From the NCBI GenBank assembly GCA_900617105.1, contig UYFQ01000001.1, forward strand, positions 2,480,001-2,544,000: DNA of 64,000 nucleotides. The letters are read 5' to 3'. Below are positions 40,706-49,346 of this stretch, piece by piece (within the stretch, counting starts at the first letter, position 1; each line of letters starts with the position of its first letter). The DNA is from Hydrurus foetidus (taxonomy: Eukaryota). Made by a program: the position numbers and the translations under genes. Under the pieces are notes generated by a model, which did no database searches, had not been told where the DNA came from, and was given only the letters and a program-made list of their open reading frames with translations.

Positions 40706-41245
40706 ATGCAGTACGCTACTCCGCCGCCTCAGCCCCACCAAGCTTTTGACCAGCGCACGCTGACTTCACTCGATAGTCAGCCGTACGGTTGCATCAAACT
40801 CGACAAAACCGGGCGAGTGCTGGAATTTAATATTGCCGCGTCAGCCGTGCTGGGTGTTCGCGCCAAGGACGCAATTGGCAAGCACTTTTTTACCGAAGTT
40901 GCCCGGTGTGCCGACAACCCCGAGTTTTACGGCCGATTTAAAACCGCCATGGCGGGCACTGGCGTGTTGAACAAGGTTATTGACCACCGGTTTGTTATGT
41001 CTGAAGCGGCGCAAGCGATGGGGGGTGTTTTATCGATTGACGTGCGGGTGCATATGTTTTCCAGCACTGACACGGCTGGCCTGCCGGTGGTGTGGGTGGT
41101 GACCCGCAAAAAAGCAGACGCTCTGACAACTGCTTTCAGCAACAGCCGGCCGCCAGACGCCAAACCGCCTGCGGCACCCGTTGCACAGCCAGCCCAGCGC
41201 CGACCGATTCAGAGCATTTCCTCTTCGTTTGACGTGCTGATGTGA
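40706..41245 (+). CDS. Photoactive yellow protein (PYP)-like PAS protein, divergent
   Basis: LD..PYG.I.LD..G, IGKHFFTEVARC, PEFYGRFK, VRVHM, WV match PYP signature segments; Pro-rich C-terminal tail. Confidence 0.85.
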   Translation: MQYATPPPQPHQAFDQRTLTSLDSQPYGCIKLDKTGRVLEFNIAASAVLGVRAKDAIGKHFFTEVARCADNPEFYGRFKTAMAGTGVLNKVIDHRFVMSEAAQAMGGVLSIDVRVHMFSSTDTAGLPVVWVVTRKKADALTTAFSNSRPPDAKPPAAPVAQPAQRRPIQSISSSFDVLM

Positions 41246-41358
41246 TTGGGTCGCGCTTCGGCTTTTTTTGTCATTTTTAGGCACTAAATCAGCACCTGGC
41301 GCGCTGAATACGGGCGTAAGCAGCTATTAATTCTATAGTACTGACTTGGGCAAACTAT

Positions 41359-42324
41359 TCACACCACTCGACTTTCAGCTAACTTCAAGCGACTTCCCAA
41401 TTGGTCTTTTAGGTAATCAACGAACAATTGCACCTTGAGTGGCTTGCCCTTGCGCAAAGCCACCACGGTGTACACCGCCTTGGTTTCCTCCAGCTCTTGC
41501 ATAACTCTAACCAATTGACCGCTCGCTAAGTGGTCAGCGCAGTACTGGTACTTCAACTTGCCGATGTGTTCGCCACTCAGCACGGCCAGCAGCGCTACCT
41601 CTGGCTCGTTGGTGGGCAGCTTGGCTAAGGCGTAAACCATTTCGCCTACGGGGTTGGTCAGTAGAATTTGCTCATTTAGCTCGTAGTCATAACTGACAGC
41701 AGTAATAGGCAGTTGGGCCAGGGCTTGTATGGACGCGGGTGTGCCGTGCTTTTCTAAAAAGCCCGGCGTCGCCACAAACCCCATGCGACATTCACCCAAC
41801 TTGGACACCACCGCTCGCTCTTCCAGCGGCATTCCAATGCACACGCCCACATCAAAATCATTGTTAGCCATTGAAAAAGGTTTCGAGTCCAGTTTCAGCG
41901 ATATCTTTAAATGGGGGTGTAGCACGCCGAAAGAAATCACGAGGTCACCCACAAAACGGCGGCCAATGGCAGGCGGGCACAACACTCGCAACTGGCCTCG
42001 CACTTCCACACTGTAGCGGCTCATGGTTTGGCGCCCGGCTTCAAGCGCGGTCATGGCCTTGAGCACGAAGTGCAGGTAAGACTGCCCAGCTTCGGTCAAA
42101 CGCAAGCTGCGCGTGTCACGCTCAATCAGCCGCACACCGAGGCCTTCTTCAAGGTCATCCAACTTGCGGCTGACGGTGCTGGTGTTGACACCCAATGACC
42201 TCGCAGCCAGGGAGATGCTGCTTTTTTCAACAACAACCGAAAAGTACAGCGCGTGAATGGCGTCAAGTGGCGAGAAGACTTGTACGTCGCTGCCAGCGGG
42301 CTTGGTTTTGCGGGAAGACTGCAT
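41359..42324 (-). CDS. LysR-family regulator, copy 1 (CrgA/DmlR-like)
   Basis: AARSLGVNTSTVSR..LE..LGVRLIERDTRSLRLTEAG. Confidence 0.92.
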   Translation of the reverse strand: MQSSRKTKPAGSDVQVFSPLDAIHALYFSVVVEKSSISLAARSLGVNTSTVSRKLDDLEEGLGVRLIERDTRSLRLTEAGQSYLHFVLKAMTALEAGRQTMSRYSVEVRGQLRVLCPPAIGRRFVGDLVISFGVLHPHLKISLKLDSKPFSMANNDFDVGVCIGMPLEERAVVSKLGECRMGFVATPGFLEKHGTPASIQALAQLPITAVSYDYELNEQILLTNPVGEMVYALAKLPTNEPEVALLAVLSGEHIGKLKYQYCADHLASGQLVRVMQELEETKAVYTVVALRKGKPLKVQLFVDYLKDQLGSRLKLAESRVV

Positions 42325-42547
42325 GGGCGATTAGGTCAGCACAGCGTGCGGTTAAGAGCAGATTTATTCAAGATGAATGTGGCTATATCGTAGTAGGCTG
42401 ATATAAAAAGTTAGTTTCTAAGTAAGCTTTAAATTGAGGAGCGGACAAGGGTTTGAAGTTTATTGAATTGCTTACCGTGCCGTTACCGACAGCAAATTGC
42501 CCGCTGGTTGTCCGTGACGATTACATACACAAAATTTGAGGTGTTTT

Positions 42548-42564
42548 TGCAAAACAGTCGTGCA
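42548..42564. promoter_or_regulatory. Putative LysR operator
   Basis: TGCA-N9-TGCA (TGCAAAACAGTCGTGCA), conserved between the duplicated intergenic regions. Confidence 0.55.
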
Positions 42565-42697
42565 GAATGCTTATTTGAAGACAAAAGTGACAATTAGTAA
42601 CTTCAATCAATGGCTACATTTGACACTCGATCACTTTTGCGCCGTGGCTGGTATTTTTGCCATGCGCTGTGCAGGTCAAATCCGAGGCATTCTGTTA

Positions 42698-43195
42698 ATG
42701 ATTTTTGCAAAAACTAACCTGGGTCGCATTGCGGCCTTTGACCCCCAATCTGCCCTGCCTGCGCCGCAAAAAGCGCAGACTGACGCTCTAGCTGTTTCAG
42801 CCAATGACGACGTCGAACAACCTGCTCGCTTTCTCCAAATGTCATTGGTGTCAAATAATCGCGAAGGCACGATGACTGCATCGCTGGCGACATTGCTGCA
42901 GCCCGACAGCGCGCCAGAATTTGCTGCGTCTGGCTCTTCACACTCAGCCGAGTACCAAGACCGCCTGCAATCTGCCAAAGACAGCTTGATCGGTTTTGTA
43001 CTCGCGAACTTGCGGCAAGAGGCCAACGTGGTGCTGCAAGCGGTCAGTCAAATTACGCACAACGACCAGCTAAAAGCCACCATCATTGCGGTGCTGAGCA
43101 TGGCCAATCACGCCAGCCAGACCGACCCGAGTCAAACCCGCGCGTTAAATCAAGCCTTGCTGCAGTTGGCTGACGAAGAGTGGGAGCAAAAATAA
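42698..43195 (+). CDS. Hypothetical protein, internally deleted paralogue of 44664-45269
   Basis: MIFAKTNLGR..AFDPQS, TM.ASLA.LL.P, YQDR...AKDSL, QLKATI shared with the paralogue. Confidence 0.7.
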   Translation: MIFAKTNLGRIAAFDPQSALPAPQKAQTDALAVSANDDVEQPARFLQMSLVSNNREGTMTASLATLLQPDSAPEFAASGSSHSAEYQDRLQSAKDSLIGFVLANLRQEANVVLQAVSQITHNDQLKATIIAVLSMANHASQTDPSQTRALNQALLQLADEEWEQK

Positions 43196-43297
43196 GGGCT
43201 TAGGGCTTTTTTCAGGCAACGTTATTGCTGGATTAGCCCTTTAGCCTAGCAAATTCAGGTGCAAGCAGCTATTAATAGCATAGCTAATTGAAGGTCG

Positions 43298-44272
43298 TTA
43301 ACCCGCCCCAACCGCCAGATCTTCAAGCGCCTTCAAGTCGCTGCCCAAGTAGTTTTTTAAAAAATCAACAAACAGCTGCACCTTCAGCGGTTTGCCTTTT
43401 CGCAGCGCCACCACGGTGTAGATGGCTTTGGTGATTTCCAGCTCAGGCATGACCTTGACTAGCTGCCCGCTGGCCAGCTGGCTGGCGCAGTACCAGTACT
43501 TCATGCGGCCAATGTACTCACCGCTTAGCACGGCGCGCAGCGCTACCTCTGTGTCGTTGGTGGGCAGCTTGGTAACCGCATAGGCGATTTCACCTTTAGC
43601 ATTGGCCAGCACCACTTGTTCATGCAGATGGTAGTCGTAGCCGACTTCGGTGATCGGCAGTTTGGCCAGCGCGTAAATACTGTCGGGGGTGCCGTACTTT
43701 TTCAAAAAATCGGGGGTGGCCACAAAGCCCAGGCGTAACTCACCCAGCTTGGACACCACTGCGCGGTCTTCTACCGGCATACCCAGGCAGATGGCTACGT
43801 CAAAGTCGGTGTCGGCCAGCGCAAAGGGTTTGGAGTCCAGCTTTAACGACACCTGCAAATGCGGGTGCAGCACGCCAAAAGCAACCACCAGGTCGGCCAC
43901 AAACTGCCGTCCAATGGCGGGCGGGCACAACACCCGCAACTGGCCGCGCACTTCCACGCTGTAGCGGCTCATGGTTTGGCGCCCAGACTCTAAAGCGCCG
44001 ATTGCCTTGAGCACGTAGTGCAAATACGACTCGCCGGCCTCAGTCAGGCGCAGATTGCGGGTGTTGCGCTCAAGCAAGCGCACGCCGAGGTTGGTTTCCA
44101 GCTCATCAAGGTGACGACTAACGGTGCTGGCGTTCACGCCCAGTGATTGCGCCGCCCGGGTAATGCTGTTTTTCTCGGCAACCACTGAAAAATGCAAAGC
44201 GCGCGTTGCATCCAGCGGCGAAAAAGATTGCAGTTCGCTACCGCTGGGCTTGGGTTTACGTAGGGGGAGCAT
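43298..44272 (-). CDS. LysR-family regulator, copy 2
   Basis: Collinear paralogue of copy 1 (identical MSRYSVEVRGQLRVLCPPAIGR and YTVVALRKGKPLKVQLFVD). Confidence 0.92.
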   Translation of the reverse strand: MLPLRKPKPSGSELQSFSPLDATRALHFSVVAEKNSITRAAQSLGVNASTVSRHLDELETNLGVRLLERNTRNLRLTEAGESYLHYVLKAIGALESGRQTMSRYSVEVRGQLRVLCPPAIGRQFVADLVVAFGVLHPHLQVSLKLDSKPFALADTDFDVAICLGMPVEDRAVVSKLGELRLGFVATPDFLKKYGTPDSIYALAKLPITEVGYDYHLHEQVVLANAKGEIAYAVTKLPTNDTEVALRAVLSGEYIGRMKYWYCASQLASGQLVKVMPELEITKAIYTVVALRKGKPLKVQLFVDFLKNYLGSDLKALEDLAVGAG

Positions 44273-44503
44273 GAGGCAATAAAAATAACAAAACACAAAA
44301 CTGGCGACCGTTCCAGAAGCACTGCACTGCCGCTTGAACGTCGTTCTTCTAAACGCAAAACTCTGACCGTCCGACTCTGTTCGCGCTGCACAAAATAACT
44401 GCACACCAAAAGAGGAAAATCGCATAAAACCAGTGATCTTGGAGACACACTAAATAGCAAAGTTCAATTAGACCAACAAGACACTGGCATACGCGGCATC
44501 ATC

Positions 44504-44520
44504 TGCAAAACAGTGTTGCA
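44504..44520. promoter_or_regulatory. Putative LysR operator
   Basis: TGCAAAACAGTGTTGCA. Confidence 0.55.
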
Positions 44521-44663
44521 AGCTTTCAGATTGCCAGCTGAAGTAAGCACCAGTAACATCAAATGAATGATGCAAATGCAGCACTGGTAACGATGGCAAG
44601 CTGACTGTGATTCATACTTTTTAGCCCATGCTTACAGGCGCGCAGTACCAAAGAACTTACTCA

Positions 44664-45269
44664 ATGATTTTTGCTAAGACCAACCTCGGCCGCATGCTGG
44701 CCTTTGACCCACAATCCAACTTGTCACGCCCCGAAAAAGCCCTGTTGCGGCTGATTGACGGTAAAACCCGCTTGAGCACATTAACCAGCACGATGGACCC
44801 TGCGGATTGCTCCATTCAGCTGATCGAAGCGCTGCTTGATAAAGAGCTGATTCAGCTGGCCAAAGCAGAGCCTGAATTGGTTGGCGCGTCGGTAAAAGAA
44901 GCTAGCTCAGAGCCCAGCAGGCCGCGCCATCTGGCGCTGGTGTTGCCGCACTATGACCAAACCATGCCGGCATCATTGGCCGCGCTGCTCGAGCCCGAGT
45001 CAATGGCTGATTTCAGTGCGACTGCACCGCATTCGTTTGATTACCAAGACCGCATGGATACCGCCAAAGACAGCCTGGCTACGTTCGTGCTAACTTACTT
45101 GCCAGACGACGCCGCGCTGATGCTGCAGGAAGTCAATCAAATTTCCAACATTGAGCAGCTCAAAGCCACCATTGTTACGGTGCTGAACATGGCCAAGCAG
45201 GCCAGCGAAGTTGATGCGGACCAAACCCAGGCATTGAGTCAAACGTTGTATCAACTGTGTGAAGAGTAG
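44664..45269 (+). CDS. Hypothetical protein with KT..G..L....LL.LIDG N-terminal domain (possible winged helix)
   Basis: Clean ORF; paralogue upstream; fold assignment is inference. Confidence 0.75.
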   Translation: MIFAKTNLGRMLAFDPQSNLSRPEKALLRLIDGKTRLSTLTSTMDPADCSIQLIEALLDKELIQLAKAEPELVGASVKEASSEPSRPRHLALVLPHYDQTMPASLAALLEPESMADFSATAPHSFDYQDRMDTAKDSLATFVLTYLPDDAALMLQEVNQISNIEQLKATIVTVLNMAKQASEVDADQTQALSQTLYQLCEE

Positions 45270-45419
45270 CGGTCAGAAATGTTGAGCTGATTTTTACGAT
45301 TTTTACGATTTTTTAATCGTTTTTAAGGCTCTTTAAGCCGTGCAGCTCAATTGTTATGGTCGCAAGCAGCTCTTTATTTTGTAGCGCCTGCTTACGCGCT
45401 GCAGGTGTCCATAGGCCGC

Positions 45420-46187
45420 TCAGTGCGCCCAGCGCTGCTGCGCAATCTCCAGCAGCCCGTCAAAAATCAGGCTTTCTACCAGCTCCACCTCGATCGACAT
45501 GCTGGGCGCCATCTTCCAGCCTGCGCCGCCGGTCATGATGCAAATCGGCGCCTGGCCGCAGCGCTGAGCCAGGTTGTCTGCCATGCGCTGCACGGCCCCG
45601 GCAATGGCGAAGGTACCGCCGCTGGTCAACGCGTCGCTAGTATTGGTGGGGAAGTCTTGCACCTCGCCAGTGGGCACGTGCAGGCCTGCGGTGCCAGACT
45701 CCAGTGCGCGCAGCATGATGCCGTGGCCCGGCAAAATAATGCCGCCTAAAAACCGGCCGGTCTCGTCAATGGCTTCCACCGTAACGGCTGTGCCCACCAT
45801 GACCACAATGCAAGGCTTGGCCGCACCACTTGCAAGTACGCGGTGGCGTGCACCAATCATGGCTACCCAGCGGTCAGCACCCAGGCGCGCCGGAAAGTCG
45901 TAGCCATTGACCACGCCCGCCTCAGCGGCGCCAGGCACTACCCAGCGGGGCACGGCTTCCCACAAATCAAGCTGCTCGACCACGCGGCGCCGAATGGCGT
46001 CACCGGCCACGATGCAGCCCAAAATATGCTGCGGCGCGGCCAGCTCGCGCCACTCGCCCTCGGCCAGCTTGTCGATGTTTTCTAAAAACACCGCGCCTTG
46101 CGCCAGCAGCACCGCGCCGCGGCTGGGCGATGCGTACTGCGCCCATTTCAGGCGGGTGTTGCCAACATCAAGCGCTAGGAAAGTCAT
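45420..46187 (-). CDS. coaX: Type III pantothenate kinase
   Basis: [32 protein letters not shown]. Confidence 0.93.
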   Translation of the reverse strand: MTFLALDVGNTRLKWAQYASPSRGAVLLAQGAVFLENIDKLAEGEWRELAAPQHILGCIVAGDAIRRRVVEQLDLWEAVPRWVVPGAAEAGVVNGYDFPARLGADRWVAMIGARHRVLASGAAKPCIVVMVGTAVTVEAIDETGRFLGGIILPGHGIMLRALESGTAGLHVPTGEVQDFPTNTSDALTSGGTFAIAGAVQRMADNLAQRCGQAPICIMTGGAGWKMAPSMSIEVELVESLIFDGLLEIAQQRWAH

Positions 46188-46241
46188 GGTGGTGAATTAT
46201 GAACAGGTTTAAGCCGAATCAAGCTGCACAGACGGAACTGG

Positions 46242-46910
46242 TCAGATGAGTCCGAACCAGCATGCGCGCTGTATGGCGGCTAATTTGTTGTCAACCTTGA
46301 GCCGACTCATAGCGTTCGCCAGGTGAAAGTTGACCGTTCGCTCGCTGCAAAAAAGATGCTCGCCACTTTCCCGGGCGGTCAGGCCTTTAAACGCCAGTTG
46401 CAAGCACTCCAGCTCACGCGGGCTCAATGGGTTACGCGCCTCAGCCAGTGCACGCTTGAGCAGCGGCCAAATGTTAAGCGCCGACCAGGCCAGTAGCGCA
46501 GCTTCACTGCGGTCAACCCACTGGCGCAGACTGAACAAATAGCATTCAAACGCCCGGCCCACGGCCAAAGGAAACGCAATGCGCACCACACTTTGGTAGC
46601 CATGCGCAAGCCACAACCTGCGCCAACGGCTCATGTTTTCAAATGCGGTTTTTGAAATGTCTTGCCACGCCACCAAGGGTGCGTCTGAGTCGCGCCAGGG
46701 TGCGCCAAAGTCGCGGCTCTCAGCCAGGGCCTCCGCCGCATCCAGCAAGCGTGGCGGGTGCAGCGCCAGCACCAGCCGGTCCTCTTGCCCGCCAAAGGGG
46801 TCAGGGCCGAGAACCATCAGGGCCTCTACCGAAAATTCACGCAAACCGCAAAGCCAGTCGTTGACCACAGCGTCAGCATTCACACTGTCAAAGTTAGCAG
46901 GTAGTTGCAT
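46242..46910 (-). CDS. LuxR-family regulator with a divergent autoinducer-binding-like domain (LuxR solo)
   Basis: QS-type HTH LSPRELECL...G.T..E...SERTVNFHLANAM.RL; N-terminus keeps P..W and HG but lacks the W/Y/DP AHL-binding residues. Confidence 0.85.
   Translation of the reverse strand: MQLPANFDSVNADAVVNDWLCGLREFSVEALMVLGPDPFGGQEDRLVLALHPPRLLDAAEALAESRDFGAPWRDSDAPLVAWQDISKTAFENMSRWRRLWLAHGYQSVVRIAFPLAVGRAFECYLFSLRQWVDRSEAALLAWSALNIWPLLKRALAEARNPLSPRELECLQLAFKGLTARESGEHLFCSERTVNFHLANAMSRLKVDNKLAAIQRACWFGLI
46883..46902 (+). promoter_or_regulatory. lux-box-like site upstream of the sensor kinase, inside the luxR 5' end
   Basis: CACTGTCAAAGTTAGCAGGT = NN-CTG-N10-CAG-GT. Confidence 0.55.
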
Positions 46911-46945
46911 CGGTTTTGATTAAAAAGAACAAGGACAATGGGCAA

Positions 46946-48316
46946 ATGGGAAATCAAAAAACAACGAGCCGCTTACTTTGGATCCGCAGGATCGAGGCAT
47001 CTAAATTGCTTACAGCAACTTCAAAATTTCGGTTTGGCGTGAAACCCAAGCTCCAATGGTTGCGGGAAGAAGTTGTCAATGCGCCGTTTGAACCTATTTT
47101 GCATCCTTCGTCACGGAGACTGTGGTGGCTGGGCTTGTCCATTTTTGCGGGCAATGCCGTGTTCGCATGGATTTGGTCGGTCTGGCTGCCGCAGCCTTAT
47201 GAAAATTTGGCATTACGGTTCATCGCGAGCGCTTTGGGCTTGGCTTTGATGGTGCCCAAAATCAATCATGATCCCGACAGCCTTTTGGCCCAGCGCGTTT
47301 TCAGCATCGTGTTCTGGCTGGAGCTGCCGGTATTTTTCACCTGGATGTATCTTTGCAATAGCGCCAGTCCGGTGTGGCTGGCTTCGACAGCCTCGATGCT
47401 GTTGATTTACTACCTGGTAACCGACTGGCGGTTGGCCTCGCTTGGCACGATCACTGGATTCCTTGTGTCGTTGATCGCGTTCGCGCTAGCGGGACCCACG
47501 GCAGCGCCTTTTCAAGACGGGCAAATCGCTGTCCACGCAGTCGTGTTCGCGTTTGTCTGGTTCAGCGCACTGGTTCTTAATCTTTCTTCAGCAAATTTGC
47601 GACGCACCCATCTGTCGCACACGCTTGCAACCATTGGCATCATGGCCCATGAATTACGCACACCCTTGTCGACCGCAGCGCTTCTTGGGGATGCCATGCA
47701 GATGGAAGTTGCGCGCTGGCCAAGTAGTCCGCTCGCGCCGCAAATAGAAAAACTTGCCGTTCGACTGCACCGATTGGTGCGTAACATGAACCATCAGATT
47801 GACACGCAAATTACCAACGCAAAACTTCGGGAACTGCCGCGCCCCACGGAACTGGTTTCAGCTACTCGTTTGGTTGCAGATGCAGTCGCCAATTATCCAT
47901 ACGCTTGCAGCCGTCAAGAGCGCTGCGTGCGGGTTGTTAACCACGATGAGTTCAATTTCAGGTCGTGCTCGGTGCAATTCTCGCAGGTGCTGGACAACTT
48001 GATTAAAAACGCGTTGCACTCGCTGATGGCTGCTGATTCCAGTTACGCCCCCGGGGCATTGCGTATAGAAATACGCGCACATAAAAACGACAAAAACTAC
48101 GGGACGATAATTGTTGAAGATGATGGTATGGGCATCAAGCCTGAAGTACTGCTGCAAATTTTCAAACCCTTCTTTTCAAGTAATAAAGACACCGGGCATG
48201 GGCTGGGTTTGGCGTTTTGCCAACAGGTGGTGCGCAGTGCGGGTGGCAGCATTAGTGTGAAATCCAAGTTTGCGGTCGGGGCAACCTTCGTGATTGTGCT
48301 GCCAATCGCAAAATAA
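46946..48316 (+). CDS. cqsS: CqsS/LqsS-type alpha-hydroxyketone sensor histidine kinase (no receiver domain)
   Basis: About six TM helices with QPYENLALR, LPVFFTWM, WLAS; GIMAHELRTPL, DNLIKNA, DDGMGI, GHGLGLAFC; start uncertain. Confidence 0.85.
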   Translation: MGNQKTTSRLLWIRRIEASKLLTATSKFRFGVKPKLQWLREEVVNAPFEPILHPSSRRLWWLGLSIFAGNAVFAWIWSVWLPQPYENLALRFIASALGLALMVPKINHDPDSLLAQRVFSIVFWLELPVFFTWMYLCNSASPVWLASTASMLLIYYLVTDWRLASLGTITGFLVSLIAFALAGPTAAPFQDGQIAVHAVVFAFVWFSALVLNLSSANLRRTHLSHTLATIGIMAHELRTPLSTAALLGDAMQMEVARWPSSPLAPQIEKLAVRLHRLVRNMNHQIDTQITNAKLRELPRPTELVSATRLVADAVANYPYACSRQERCVRVVNHDEFNFRSCSVQFSQVLDNLIKNALHSLMAADSSYAPGALRIEIRAHKNDKNYGTIIVEDDGMGIKPEVLLQIFKPFFSSNKDTGHGLGLAFCQQVVRSAGGSISVKSKFAVGATFVIVLPIAK

Positions 48317-48359
48317 CCTTCGAGCACAACGCGAACAACCAACATCAACAGCAAAGCCC

Positions 48360-49346
48360 ATGACTTTCCCGCTCTACCGCCGTCCCGCCGCTGTCGTTTT
48401 TCTGGATGACGATCTTGACTATCTTGAGATGTTGGCCAACGTCATGCCGATGGAGTGGTTTGTCCGCCTGATGATTCGGCCAATTGCCTGCATTGAAATG
48501 CTCGTAGCTGAAATTGCATCGGCGGAGCTAGACATGTGGAAACAGCAAGAAATCATCAACCACTGGCGAGACGGCAGCGCGTTGATTCCGCAGATCCTTG
48601 CTTACTGGCGAGACGACGGGACATTGCGGTTCTCGTTGGCTCGGGTGTTAGTGGTGGACTACTCGATGCCGGCCATGAGTGGCCTGAGGGTTCTCAGTGA
48701 GCTGACGCAGTGGCCAGGATTACGTATCTTGTTAACAGGCCGGGCCGACGAGCAGCTTGCTGTGTCTGCATTTAACAGAGGCTCCATCCAGCAGTTCATA
48801 CCCAAGCAATCACCGGAAATCCGGCTGCGCCTGACTGCTGCCATCCAGCACCTGCTGCACAAACCAGACGCACGACATGAGCAAACCTGGCGCTCCACCT
48901 TGTCACGCGAGCAAAGCGCGCTGCTGAGTGACCCGACCATCGCGGGGTCGCTTGCGAAACTCGCCGCCGAGCAAAATTGGGTAGAGCATGTCGTTATCGG
49001 CGCCCCCTTTGGCGTGCTTGCCCTTGACACAGCCGCCAAGGTGGCTTGGCTTCAGCTGGAGCCTACTGACCGGCTAATTGAACTGGCGGAAATTGCAGAG
49101 TCTCAAGGCTGGAGTGCTGAGAACGTGCAGGATGTTCGCGCCGGTAAAAAACTCATTGATGCTGAGCTCCAGCTCGCCATTGGCAGCGCACAAAAACCAA
49201 GGCTGAAGGAAGCCTTCGTGATGGGCTCGGAAACAGCGCAGATATACGCAGCGCTGTTTGAGGTCAATCAAACGTTTTGCCCAAAACCCTCTGACAGCCA
49301 CCAAGACTTCATCACCAGCCAAAGTCACCGGCACATACAAGGTTAA
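48360..49346 (+). CDS. LqsR/JqsR-like response regulator with no recognisable DNA-binding domain
   Basis: Split receiver: VVFLDDD, long insert, VVDYSMPAMSG, LLTG, FIPK; between sensor and synthase. Confidence 0.82.
   Translation: MTFPLYRRPAAVVFLDDDLDYLEMLANVMPMEWFVRLMIRPIACIEMLVAEIASAELDMWKQQEIINHWRDGSALIPQILAYWRDDGTLRFSLARVLVVDYSMPAMSGLRVLSELTQWPGLRILLTGRADEQLAVSAFNRGSIQQFIPKQSPEIRLRLTAAIQHLLHKPDARHEQTWRSTLSREQSALLSDPTIAGSLAKLAAEQNWVEHVVIGAPFGVLALDTAAKVAWLQLEPTDRLIELAEIAESQGWSAENVQDVRAGKKLIDAELQLAIGSAQKPRLKEAFVMGSETAQIYAALFEVNQTFCPKPSDSHQDFITSQSHRHIQG

Noticed and set aside
40706..41245. Canonical blue-light PYP photoreceptor
   Set aside because: Y42, E46, T50 and R52 equivalents are replaced and no chromophore biosynthesis genes are nearby
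44582..44601. Third lux-box-like site (CACTGGTAACGATGGCAAGC) before hypothetical copy 2
   Set aside because: Right arm is CAA rather than CAG and it is not conserved in the duplicated promoter; too weak to call
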